From contig CAVNZM010000017.1 of NCBI GenBank assembly GCA_963693365.1, forward strand, positions 428,451 to 492,450: a stretch of 64,000 nucleotides of DNA, read 5' to 3'. Shown here piece after piece: positions 14,587 through 26,338 of this stretch. Position 1 is the stretch's first letter. The number at the start of each line of letters is the position of its first letter. Under the pieces are notes generated by a model, which saw only the letters and a list, made by a program, of their open reading frames with translations, was not told the origin of the DNA and searched no databases. A program made the position numbers and the translations under genes. The stretch comes from Amoebidium appalachense. Its lineage: Eukaryota; Protista; Ichthyosporea.

Positions 14587-14803
14587 TAAGGGTGGAGAGG
14601 AGCCCACTAAGGAGGAACTGAGAAGAAACAATGGACGCAGAGACAGGGGACCCGCAAAAGGAAGGCAGAGGAGGGACGGAGGGGAGGATGGGAAGGGGGG
14701 AGGGAGGGGGGGGGGGGGGGAAGGGGGGCAGGGGGGAGGGGCACGGCTACACACCCAGCACGGGGGCCTTAGGCTTGGCCGAGATGTTCACGGCTACAGT
14801 CAT
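404..14803 (-). CDS. EPRS: Bifunctional glutamyl-prolyl-tRNA synthetase (GST-like + GluRS + one WHEP + start of ProRS); 23 coding exons, 3' end outside the window
   Basis: GT-AG exons read in phase: 14755-14803 (ATG), 14011-14101, 13310-13406, 12637-12799, 12056-12171, 10786-10899, 10112-10261 ([21 protein letters not shown]), 9601-9676, 8967-9049, 8342-8443, 7853-7959, 7114-7388 ([24 protein letters not shown]), 6571-6728, ~6010-6177, 5361-5451, 4474-4634, 4119-4161, 3438-3541, 2842-3087 and 1962-2064 (WHEP: [16 protein letters not shown]...[16 protein letters not shown]), 1506-1615, 969-1101 ([21 protein letters not shown]), 404-539 (NCYFPMFV...[10 protein letters not shown]). Confidence 0.96.
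4840..5350. repeat. Purine microsatellite (AAAG/AAGG)n in an EPRS intron
   Basis: ~500 bp of GAAA/GAAG units. Confidence 0.95.
8449..8541. repeat. 16-bp tandem repeat (CACGTGTGAGGGTGTG) in an EPRS intron
   Basis: About five consecutive units next to the exon acceptor. Confidence 0.85.
11330..12045. repeat. Degenerate TGCACGTGCATGTG / (TG)n minisatellite in an EPRS intron
   Basis: Repeated TGCACG and TGCATG units among TG runs. Confidence 0.8.
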
Positions 14804-14912
14804 GGTCCCCTGTTTATATACTGTGAGACCTCACATATTCCCGTGTATATGTACAATCCAACCGGGTGCTTCGCGAAACTATTTCACGCCTACTCCCCTT
14901 GCCCTCAAGCTT

Positions 14913-14954
<42 letters not shown>

Positions 14955-15018
14955 CCCACCCACCCCACCCCACTCCCACCCCCACCCCCAACCCCAACCC
15001 CAACCTCACGCCCCCAAC

Positions 15019-15057
<39 letters not shown>

Positions 15058-15418
15058 TCCCATAAAGCACAACTTTTTCTTCTGTAACCCCTTCTCCAGA
15101 CATTCAATGTATCAACCCTACCAATCCAGCCGCCCAGGGCACGACCACTACTTGCACTTCTATGCATACTGAGCAGACTTGAAGCCTGCAGCGACGACTG
15201 TAATCACCTGCGATCAGATCATCGCCACTTCTGAAACCGAATGCAAATACCCCTATATTTGGCCTAGCTCAGTAGTTTTTCTGTAGCATTCGCTCTTGCT
15301 CTCCGTCTATCAATCGCCCCCGCCCGCGAGCCCTCTCTCGCCCCCTTTTGTGGTCCTGCTGACATTTTTCTATGCAAAAATAAGAAAAGCAATAGAACTA
15401 GCAATAATGCGCGCTCAC

Positions 15419-15500
15419 CTTTCTATGTGGGTCGAACCCCTACTCCAGTTATACTAATTTGTACGAGCCCGGTGTATCTACCGCGGGTTTCCTCGGCTGT
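15419..15500 (-). other. Putative non-coding 5'-UTR exon of EPRS
   Basis: AAG|GTGAGC donor at 15418 and a CAG acceptor 6 nt upstream of the EPRS ATG; 5' end not defined. Confidence 0.35.
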
Positions 15501-18316
15501 TCAGAGGAGAAAAAAAAAAAACGCCTTGAACTCTGAGCCTGACTCGTTTCCATGTGGGTTTTGGATTCCAGCGCAGTCGCAGCTGGCACACTTATCTATG
15601 TGTGACTTTACAGCTTTTGAAAAGCTTAAAGTATATTTTACATTTTGTGTTGAAGATTTACGACATGTGATTGGAAGAACCACGTCAGCAAAGTTTCCTA
15701 ATATGACCTCACCTTTTTTGGACATTTTGGCGCAAAATTGAGGCACACCGTTGCGTCATTTATAATAACGGGCCATGGAGCTGACCCATGAGCCGTTTGA
15801 GCCCGGCTCGACCCGTTGCTACCTCCTAGACTTCTTATGGGCTTGGAGCATTAGCACTCAGAGACTCAATTGTCAGCATAAGTCAGCAGCCTGCTAGAGG
15901 CCGGGCCCAAAAGCACGTTCAGGACAAAATGCGCAGACATATTTTCTTGCTATTACATTTAGCTTATATTTATCCAAAATATCCTGTTTTTTCCTAGTCA
16001 TTTGTACAGAAACCACCTGCTGCGTAGCTCTGCGTCGACTGGCCCACGCGTTACCAACTTGCCTCATTTCGGGAGATTCGGGATTAAAAAGAATACATGC
16101 TCTGCACTGAGAGCAGGGCCAGAAATTGACTGCTTCCACAACGAAAAATACACTAGTCATTTTCAAACTGAAGCTTCCAACCCAAAAAAGGAACTGGAAG
16201 TAGTAAAAGACCCCCCCCCCCCCTCCCCCCCCCCCCCCCCCCCGGCCCCTCTCCCTCCCCCTCATTTCATCGTCACCTACTCTACTTTCTGCAAGTCTTG
16301 GCCGGAAAAGCCGGCTACACATATTTTCCGTAAAAATTCAAAAATCCCTCATCATATCCATTGGGGGTTCACTACAAAATAGATACATCATTTGTAAATT
16401 TGACAAGCTCAAAAATTTCGGAGGCGCTGCGCGCCGGGCCGGCCGGCCACAGCATGTGCATCTACCTAACATAAATACATGTAAAGATATATCGCCATGG
16501 TGGCCGTTAAAAGGACAATATCTCTATTCCCTTTTGATGCTATTTCGGAAGTTTTGCATATATAAGTCATAGGAGGCTATAATGGGGGGGTCCCGGGGGC
16601 CGAAGGCCCCCCGGGCCCCGGATAGGTATACACGTTAGCGTGCCTGTATAGGAAGTTTTTAAAAAGGAAGTAGTTATCTATAAAACAAATAGGTGCTGAT
16701 CTGGCAAAGGGCAGATACCATCAAAAGCTTCCTACCTACTAGCTTAGACTTGCTGAAGAGATAGAATGGACAATAGAAACAAGTACTATTTTTTTCGATT
16801 TAATAGCAACAAATACTTGCTTTTTACTCACTAGGTTGTGATCTTATATGTACATATATATTGTCTTATATTATTGAGGTTTGGTTATTGCGGGCATATC
16901 ATGAAAACATTTTTCTCAGAAAACATTTCTTTGGTATACGGAGAACTGAAAGCTGCTGGCTGCTCCAATAAGTGACGTCAGAGCCTGGAGCAGACGGGTC
17001 ATTGGCTCGGACAAAGCGCGGCAAAACCAATTTGCTCATTTTGTTACGCACTCTACATAATGCACTCTTTATCAGCTCAGCTTTTGCTTTTTCCGGCACT
17101 TATATCCTGTAAATACCTTTTATTTATTACTTTAGGTATATATGTGTCTCTTTTATTGATAATAGTTCTGGAAAGTAACACGGTTTTACTTCCTCATCGA
17201 ACCAGATACAGTTTTGGAGCTCGTTACCATTGGAGTGCATTTTTGCCGCGCTCTGACTTGGCAGTGACGCTGTAAGCATTTCTACACGGCTCCGCTTTCC
17301 GAAACCGGTGACTTCACCGAGTTAGTTTGTGTGTTTTTGTTTCACCTGTTTTTTGGGGTTGCCAAGTGTGACATTGCCACCCTTAGTGTTTGTCAAGCAG
17401 TGGGGAAGCGGTGATTTTTCCGTTCCTATTTTCTATCATTTTTGGTATTACCTCGCTCTCGAACCAAACAGCAGCCTGATCTCAAAGTGGGCACATCTGG
17501 CGAAAAACACACTTTGTGTCAGAGTCCGGTTTCCTTTTTCGTCAACTTCGAGTAGCATGTAGCCTGTTCCTTTTTTCCTACAGCAAAGCACAATAAAAGT
17601 GAAAGTGTTTTGCAAAGGCCATAACAACTGGAGAGTAAACAACAGGCTTTCTTTGGCAGCGGGCGTGGGCTGGGTGCTACCTACTACCAAAACAAAGTGA
17701 GTTATCGTTGGCATCACATTTTCCTTTCAGTGAAAGGCCGTCCGTCATTCTTGCTTTTGAGTTTTTTTTCTTGCTGGACGTCAAGTGGCAGTTCAGTGTT
17801 TATTCAACAAGACAGAATGTAAGGCAGCCGCGTCGTTTCTTTTTAGTTGCGTGTAACTTTTTCTCGTTGTAGTTAGAGTACGGACGGATAGGAGCCATCT
17901 TCCTGTGTTTGCCGTATGAGGGTCGTGCCAAGTTGCCCTTATTTAGCAAATTAGAGTTAATAGCTCAGTATGAACACGTATTGCACGAAAAGGACATCCT
18001 ACTGACATTCAAAGGTGTAGGGGACTACATCTGCACGCATGTGTGAACTGTGGTCAGCCAGAAAGGTTCGGGGAGAAAGGGGGGGGGGGGGGGGGGGGGG
18101 GGGACAGCTTCCTGGTAGATCTGGTGTGAAACTAGGTTGTTTGCTAGAAAGGCACAACAAGTGGGCAAGCCACACATAGCTATTACTGTGGTAGTAGAAG
18201 AGCCACCATGCATGTCCTTCTTTTTTTCCATGCCCTCACTCTCGTTCATCCTTTCTTGTTTTCTGCACACAGCACACCCTGCAGCTCACGTCTAACACTG
18301 TTTGGTTGCAGGCAAA

Positions 18317-18652
18317 ATGGCGCTGCTGTGGCTCATGGGCTGCAAGGGCTGTGTGGCGGTCAACAACAAAGACACGTACAGCAGTCTGCACAGTCTCTCC
18401 CTCCAGAAAAACACCAGCCAGACATCCCTGTCTTCTCTCGACTCCATGCCCCCCGGACCCCCTCGCCCCTCTGCCCCGGCCCCGCTGCTCCCACCTGCAT
18501 CACCCATGCAAACACCTTCGTGGGCTTCCCCTGTTTTCACACACAGACCAGCAGGCACGGGTGGGGCGTCAGCGTTTAGCGAGGACGGGGACTATCTGGA
18601 CATACAGTTTCGAAAGAAGGACAGAGATGGAGATGATTTTGTGTTGGTGTGA
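18317..18652 (+). CDS. Small hypothetical Ser/Pro-rich protein (~111 aa), divergent from EPRS
   Basis: CTAAC branch point at ~18292, TTGCAG acceptor ending 18311, AAAATGG start context; possible upstream donor GTAAG at ~17819; C-terminus GDDFVLV. Confidence 0.55.
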   Translation: MALLWLMGCKGCVAVNNKDTYSSLHSLSLQKNTSQTSLSSLDSMPPGPPRPSAPAPLLPPASPMQTPSWASPVFTHRPAGTGGASAFSEDGDYLDIQFRKKDRDGDDFVLV

Positions 18653-18742
18653 CGACGTGTGATGGTCGAAGGAACGGAGAAGGTTTAAAGTGATAGGTTT
18701 ACTGGTTTGTTCTTAGTATGATATGCTAAAGGGAGTTGTGGT

Positions 18743-18780
<38 letters not shown>

Positions 18781-19011
18781 GTTGCAGGTTTTATAATTTA
18801 GAATGTGGCGCTGGGGGAGAAGGGACAGGCGCTCCTTGTTTTGCTGAATGGATAGCCATTGCGCCTTGGTATCGATTATTATATATGGGTTTGTTACGGC
18901 ACAACACCACGTGACTAAGAACGAACATGCCGCCGAATGGAAACCACGTGTGTGGTGTGGGTGCCATCTTGCGTATGACGCTGGTCTTTTTTTTTAACCC
19001 ATGGCCGGCCG

Positions 19012-19081
19012 CATGGGCTGTGCCCTTTTGTCTCTATTTGCCCGAGCATGGGCTGTGCCCTTTTGTCTCTATTTGCCCGAG
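19012..19081. repeat. 35-bp tandem duplication
   Basis: CATGGGCTGTGCCCTTTTGTCTCTATTTGCCCGAG twice. Confidence 0.85.
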
Positions 19082-19408
19082 CTCTCCTGAGTGTCATTAA
19101 TATGCTTCATGTGGTGCTCTATTGATGATTAAACATGCAGTATATATTAACGGCATATAAACGTGTGCCTCCCTGCGTGCTCCCTGGCCTTGTGCATGTA
19201 AAGCAGCAGGCCATCAGCAGTTTCCCCTCCATTTTTACATGTTTCGTACAAATTTGCAGCACAAGAACAGATACCATCCATATTGCAGGGTCATATTGCG
19301 AAAATGTGGTTCCCGCTTCACGTTTCTGAAACTATGGGCTCTAACATTATCCAACACAGGCTAGGGGTCTACAGTATTCAACTATACTCACTGGCCCCTC
19401 GGCTTACC

Positions 19409-19439
<31 letters not shown>

Positions 19440-20634
19440 AAAAAAAAAAAAAAGTGTTTCTGAAACCATGGGCTATAACCCGCTTAGGTGCACACAGTAA
19501 GAGTCACACCCACTGACAACCCCCCCCCCCCCTTCCCCCCCCCCCAAAAAAAAAAAATGTAAGAGTCCAAAAAACAATAATAATAATTAAATAAATTACC
19601 GTACGTGGCACTGACAGCCCCCCCAAAAAAAAAACAAAAAAAAACAAAAAAAAAAAAACCATGAAATATATGTATATATATTATAGTTGCATAGGTACTA
19701 AGGGGTCATTGTGATAAAGTATTGAGACTATTCATGTGATACCATCATCATGATAGTTGCTAAAGAATATCAACCGTCCGAGGGGCTTAGAGCGCAATAT
19801 CAACGATGCTGATGGTTTGGGGGGGGGAGGGGGGGGGGAGGGGGGGGGGGGGGGGGGGGGGAGCGGGATGCATTTGAGTGATAATGGGTTGGAATCGTGG
19901 AGAAGGGGCAAACCACATAAGGAGTGAGGTGTGTGTGTGTAGGGAGGCCGGGGTCATTGTGCATGAGGTCTTTTCGTGAGGACAATAAAAGATTATGACC
20001 ATTTACACAACGCAAATCACACAGGGCACAAATACAAAAACCAGAAACCGGAGGGGGGATTTGAAATTTCAGGCATCAAACACACAACACCAAAACATTT
20101 GTTCCAGGCAGAAGATACTACGAGTATAAAACCCGGGCCACCGGTACCATCCAGCGTGGCGTTGGTGGTGGGGATGTGTGTGTGTGAGGGGAGGGGGGGG
20201 GGGGGGGGGGGGGGTGGAAGAAGGGAGGGAGGGAGGGAGGGGGGGGGGGGGAGGAAGGAGGGAGGGAGGGAGAGGAAGGGGGGGGGGGGGGGGGTGGGAG
20301 GGGAGGGAGCAAGTCTTATGGATTATGCTACGTTGAACCGTGACCGTAATTAAGAATTTAAGGCTTCACTGGGCTTAAAATGAATTCTCAGAGTCTTTTC
20401 AGCGATCGACTTCATGAAAAGAAAGGATGAGCGGTTGCTCGAAAACCTTCTAATAGCTCTACGGTCGGTGTGTGCCACTACTCAGTAGAGACGGGGGCAG
20501 GGGATGGGATGATTTTGAAGACTCTAATGATTGGGTTTGAGTATTGTATAAGTTACTATAATCCACGCTGTGACACGTGCCGCTCTGCAGCTGTGTGTGA
20601 AATGTATGCATATGTCATGGGCATAACGACACCC

Positions 20635-20858
20635 CTTCATGTGCGAGGACTGAGCGTGCACGCGAGTGACGCTGTAAATACAGTCACGGTGTCTTGTGTG
20701 TACTTGTGCCTGTGAACCTGTGCCATGGCCCCTTTTGTGCAACACATGTCTTCATGTGCGAGGACTGAGCGTGCACGTGAGTGACACTGTGTAAATACGG
20801 TCACGGTGTCTTGTGTGTAATTGTGCCTGTGAACCTGTGCCATGGCCCCTTTTGTGCA
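20635..20858. repeat. ~115-bp imperfect tandem duplication
   Basis: CTTCATGTGCGAGGACTGAGCGTGCAC...GCCATGGCCCCTTTTGTGCA at ~20635 and ~20750. Confidence 0.85.
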
Positions 20859-21041
20859 CAAAGTCAATGGTGTGTACACGTGAGTGTGCACTGTGCTGTA
20901 AATGTGTGTTCAAACCTTCAAGATGTGTGTCACATGATGTGTGTATGTGTGTGTGTGTGCATGTGTGCATGTGTGTGCATGTGTGCATGTGTGTGCATGT
21001 GTGTGTGTGTGTGCGTGTGTGCGTGTGTGCGTGTGTGCGTG

Positions 21042-21122
<81 letters not shown>

Positions 21123-21349
21123 TAAGTCGACCGCGAGCCTTATGTGGCTCATTTCAGTCGAAATAGCCCAAAAGTGGCTCGTTTAGGACGACCACCCCTA
21201 CAGCTTAGTGGTCGAGAGTCGCGCTCGCTTTCTTGGTATGCCCAATTAGCTGCTGAATGTTTCTGCCTTTTTCGTCTCTGAACCAAGGTGATTGGTATAA
21301 TAAAAGGGGGTGCCAGCACTTGCCAACCAACAAGGCGTATCGTGGTTTT

Positions 21350-21667
21350 GGTTTTATTTGTGGAAATTATTGACATAAATATTTTTCTGGGTAAACACGT
21401 AGGATGGGTGTCCGATATCAACAGGCTTTGTTTCATGTTTTAGCAGTTCGCGTTCGGCTGCCCGCATACGGGCACCTATTAGCCGATCAAAACATCAGAT
21501 TCCACAGATCACTAGACCGAGTCTGATTAGCTCAGGATAAGATTTCACATAACACTAGATCGGTTTTGATTGGCTCAGTTCGGTAGCCGTAGGTATATAA
21601 GCACGACAGGCAACAACACATCTTCTGTGTTTAGCACCTACAGCTTTACAGCTATATTTTTCTTTTT
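21350..21667 (+). repeat. Split direct repeat A1 (contains GATTGG and TATATAA promoter-like motifs)
   Basis: Near-identical to 29741-30076 apart from an 18-nt indel and a substitution. Confidence 0.9.
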
Positions 21668-21699
21668 CACTCTCCCTATCTTTCCGTACGCCGGTCAGC

Positions 21700-22869
21700 A
21701 TGCCGCCGAAAAAGCGCCAGGCCTCAGCCACCGCCCCTGCCGCGGCACCCAAGCGCCTGACCCGCAGCGACCTCCGCCACAGGCTGACCAACGCTCCCGC
21801 GGACACTGACGCGCCTCCAGCGGCCCATACCACCACGGACCCGGACCCGCCGGCTAGTCTCCCCTCCCCTCCTGAAGTCCCCCCTCAGGCCCCGCCGTCC
21901 CCGCAGATGACTTCTCAAGACGCCGTCCTTGCCGCCCTTACCGCCATCAGCACCCAGATGGCTGGCGTCCTGGCTGCTCTCACCAACCGCGACCCTCCCG
22001 CGCCCCCCGCCGCGCCCTCCGCACCCGGGGAGGTTTCCCCGGGGCTGCATCTCGGCCCTGACCTAGACCTACCTGCCCTGCCCGCGCCCCCCATCACAGG
22101 TGAGAACACTGGCGACATTCAGCCGGGCACACTCCCGCTTCCCCCCGCGGATGTGCTGGCAGATTTGCGCGCCAATCGTTTCGTCGACCTGTATAAGTTC
22201 ACCCCCGCCGCCCTCCTGGCCCCATCCAAGAAAGGTCAGCATCTGCGCATGGCCGACGACGGCAGCATCGAGACTTTTCGCCAAGACAAACCCGTTCCCC
22301 TGCGTTCACTCGTCATTTGGATCCAGGCTTGGACCCATTACATGGCCGCCAAGCACCACCTCGGCCTCCCCACGGACAAAGACGTACTTTGGACTCAGCA
22401 CATCACTCGCCTCAGCACCCGATACCCGTGGGCCCAGATCCACAACTATGACCTATACGCCCGAACCGTTGCCCACCAGCAGGGTCGGGCTCCGATCGAG
22501 TGTCCCAACCTGCTCGCCCAACTCCACCAGGATCTCCTCTTGCCTCCCACTCTGCTCATCCCGGACGCATGTCAGCGCTGTGGCTTCCCTGACCACCCCA
22601 GCGCGGCCTGCCCCATGTACCCCAAGCCCGGCTGTGGTCTTGACGGCTTTAAACCGCCCCACAAGCCCGGCGGGGGTCAAACCCCTAACCGCCCTGGCCC
22701 GCAACCCGGCCCGGCAAAACCGGCCCGACCCGTGGATCTACCCGCGACGCACTGCAGGAATTTCCACATTAACGGTCGGTCCTGCGCTAAGCAGCCCTGC
22801 CCCTTCTCTCACGTGTGCCCGCTCTGCTCTGGCACACACCCCCGCAAAGACTGCAAACACAATGCCTAG
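21700..22869 (+). CDS. Ngaro/DIRS gag-like protein with zinc fingers
   Basis: 389-aa intronless ORF; CQRCGFPDHPSAAC knuckle and C-terminal CRNF...C...C.FSHVC.LC...H...C finger. Confidence 0.85.
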   Translation: MPPKKRQASATAPAAAPKRLTRSDLRHRLTNAPADTDAPPAAHTTTDPDPPASLPSPPEVPPQAPPSPQMTSQDAVLAALTAISTQMAGVLAALTNRDPPAPPAAPSAPGEVSPGLHLGPDLDLPALPAPPITGENTGDIQPGTLPLPPADVLADLRANRFVDLYKFTPAALLAPSKKGQHLRMADDGSIETFRQDKPVPLRSLVIWIQAWTHYMAAKHHLGLPTDKDVLWTQHITRLSTRYPWAQIHNYDLYARTVAHQQGRAPIECPNLLAQLHQDLLLPPTLLIPDACQRCGFPDHPSAACPMYPKPGCGLDGFKPPHKPGGGQTPNRPGPQPGPAKPARPVDLPATHCRNFHINGRSCAKQPCPFSHVCPLCSGTHPRKDCKHNA

Positions 22870-23267
22870 TCTACGCGCACACCCACACACACAGCTAGAA
22901 CATAGGGGTTAGGAGCTAGGACACACGAGTACAGGGAAACGGAGCTCGGGAGAACGGGCCCATAGGGCTGAGTACAAAATTTCGCAGGCCAAACTACGGC
23001 GCCCGCGCGCGTCAAGAATGAATGTCCCTACACAAAGACGTCTATTCTGGCCACTGCACATAATTTTACTCCCCTCCCATCCCACGAGCCTCCCACCCCC
23101 CCTTACACTCACCTAGCACTCCCTCCCCCCCCCTTCTTCTACCTCTGTGTCCGCCCACACCCCCGCATGCTCGGGCACATTCCCCTGCACAGGGCCCCGC
23201 TGCCCTCCCTGCCAACCTCACTCGGGCCCAGCTGCCCTACCCCCCCCCCGGGGCCCTGCTGCCCCCC

Positions 23268-23747
23268 TGTAAACAACTGTACACATGAACTGTACATGTT
23301 TACTAAAGAATGTGATCTACTAGCACACGATTCGTGCTTTGTCATGAATATCACATAAATATTATGTCCGCACCAATAGGACTCACTCTGACCTAAGAAT
23401 TGAACCATATATGGTTCTTCCGCTGCATACCACATAAACGAAGTGAACCAATAAGAGGTTTGCATAAATAGGACGAAGGTCTGACTGGCTCGGACCGCAC
23501 CAGAATCACGAATGGCATGTTGCCACCCGCGCTGGCCGCGGATGAACCAATCCTGGGCCTTGATCCGAAACCTGGGGGCTATATAACAAAGCCGTCCCAG
23601 TACGGGGATCACATCAGTGAAGTCTGAGACAGACTGAGTCGGCCCATAGTAAAAGCAACCTGGCCGCGTGTGCCTTTCTACCCGTTCTCTGTCTTTATTT
23701 TGATTCAGTTGTACTCTGCCTTATCCTAACTAGTCCAACTGTTTACA
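23268..23747 (+). repeat. 5' LTR of the nested element
   Basis: Matches 26339-26818 with one mismatch seen (AGGACGAAGG vs AGGACAAAGG). Confidence 0.95.
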
Positions 23748-26338
23748 TTGGCGACCGCGCAGTTCAAGAATCTCGCATCCTTCGAATCTCACATCTTTCA
23801 ATCAGTTCAAGAATCTCACATCTTTCAATCAGCTCAAGAATCTCCCATGGCCGATCACAATCCTTTTTACCCCGATGATAGGCACATCTTTCCTTGTCCG
23901 GCTTAGAATATATACACCGACAAGTTTGAAGTGGCCAGCCCACCTACACGGAAAGAATTGAAAGCATGTAAAACTTCTTTTGCTACGACACATCAAAAAT
24001 GTGAAGAAAAACGAATACACAACGAATTTTCAAACAACGAATACACGAACAATCGAATAAAGAATTGCTAACGAAGCAATGAACCAACGAAAAACGAACC
24101 ATCACGAATACACAATGAAATAAAGAATGAACGACAAACGAATGCATAGAGGAAATACGAAATGAATGCAACACGAAAACAAAACGAAGTAACGAATTTA
24201 TCAAACGACAAAAAACGAAAAACGAAAGCAAAATGAACTGGAAATACGAAAATGCAAGAACGAATGCACAACACTGCTTGGGTTGCAATGCACACAGCCC
24301 CCTCTATGTTAGGAAGAAAATAAAACCGTTGCCCTTGCGTGCATTGCGCTATTGCACACTGTCATCGTGTCCATGCCACCGCATGCACCTCCACACTCGC
24401 AAGCCAGATGCACGGCCACTTTCAGCACGAATGCATTTAAAGAAGAAGATAGTCGCTGTTCCTATAGCATTGAGGACATAAGGTGCTGTGAAAGTAGTTT
24501 TGCATGCATGCTTCGAATTTCTTGCTGTTTTCGAATACAGCATGCCCCATAGTTTAGCGCACAGGATGCACAACATGCGCATGAATGTATGCTGGCATGC
24601 CTAAACACATTACGAACATATGCCTCATGTATGGCGGCCCTTCCTGGTGCCACGCCCTAACGAATTTGCACTCTTGGTGCACAAAAGGCATGTAATAAAG
24701 TCGATGCAGAACTTTTGTTCATGCATGTGAAAAACAAAGAAGGTGTTGGGTACGAATTTTAAGGTGAATGCCCGTCTGTGGCAATACTGTGTAACATACC
24801 AATTACACTGTCAAGCCTTGCACTAGCTGCCGGCACACCCCCACCAGAACAAAAGAATGTGGTATGGGCACCGTTCCCTCACAACCCCAGCATACAGTGT
24901 CAGTATTTTGGCTGGAAGCCTTTCAGTTTCGAATTACGAATACCCTCCTTCACTACTGAAGAAAGTGACGTGGAAGACGAATACGAATACGAATGCAAGG
25001 TGTTGTTGACTAACACATCGGACCATCATGTGTACCTAGGCCCTGGTACGGAGGTGACCATGTTATTCCCTTGCAATATGATGACACTGTAACAATTTAG
25101 CACGTGCATACCCCACCAATGGGCACATGCGGGAGACAACCCCACAAGCTGCCTTATTGGGCACCTCTGCTAAAACGAATATTCTTCTCACGAAGGAACA
25201 GAAGAATGCCACGAACACGAACCACACACCCCCCAGGCAGCTACTTACGTCTGATGTATGAAAGTAGTAGGTGTGTGAATGGGGTAACTTCATGAACACC
25301 AACACGAAAGCAAGCACAGCACAAAGCAGTTCCACGAATACGAATGGTTTTGGTATTCCACACAACGAACAGAACCTACAGTAGGGCCACCTACAAATGA
25401 AGCAGAGGATGGGGCACCATCCAGACCTGCACTGGAGGATATGAAGATACGAAGCGCGCTCACGAAGTTGCTTACAAAAGAAAGGGCGACTGCGACGACT
25501 TTTCTTTTTAGGCCAAGCCTCCAGAAGAATGTATTATGCCTGGAATCCCCCTGCTCAACGAAAATGGCTGGCAAATGGGATACGAAAACTGCTCACGAAT
25601 GGAAGCATGTGTTTTCTGAAGGAGGCTTGCTTTGCCTACCCTCTTCTTATGAATTATGAACCGGGCTTTTACTGGTTCTGACGGGTGATATATTTCTTTA
25701 TGTCGCCCAACGAAGAACACTTGGGCATTTTTATTCTGTTTTTCCCAGCTCCGATGATGCAGGGTTAAAGCTGAAAGGAAAGAAGTGCTCTTTGTTCATG
25801 AAAGAAGTGGCTTTTCCGGCCATGGTGACTCGCCTTACAGTCTTAAGGTAGAACCGGGATAAGGAGCAGCGGCTAAGCCTTGAAGCTATCCACCACTACC
25901 TGAGCTACGAAGTGACCTAAGGCTCGAGTTATATTCATTATCGAATGTTTGGTATGATCATTCATCCACACAACCAAATTACTCGCAATTGAAAACGAAT
26001 CTGCGGGAGTATCCTAAAAAGGAAAAATTCCCAAAAAGGAAAATACTACTTCTACAGAAAAGCCAAGCACAGAGACGAAGGCTTAGCGAATTATTCGCAC
26101 GCACACTCTGCAACAATCTTCGCCACGAAAATGAAATCACAGAAGAATGCTGCATGAATTTACGTTTTGGCAAATGAAGAAGTGCTCATAGACGTGCACA
26201 ACTCTATTCCACCGTCCTTGCTCTGTTCTGTCCAGCAGCTCGGCACACACAAGAATTCTCGCTGAAGGTTGTTTATCGCCTCTCAGCCTGGTGGTTTGCT
26301 TGTCTAACGACACCACCAGGCTCCCGACAAGGGGGGAG

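Noticed and set aside
15790-15830. Hairpin followed by CTAG as a Helitron 3' end
   Set aside because: Not followed by T, no matching 5' TC end and no second copy in the window
69-21186. Dozens of ORFs rich in CV/HT/poly-G/poly-P/KERK
   Set aside because: Translations of (CA)n, poly-C/G and (GAAA)n intronic repeats; only the short embedded exons are coding
24778-25092. dUTPase in the nested LTR element
   Set aside because: Only a weak C-terminal resemblance with no dUTPase motifs; better read as a decayed gypsy post-protease region
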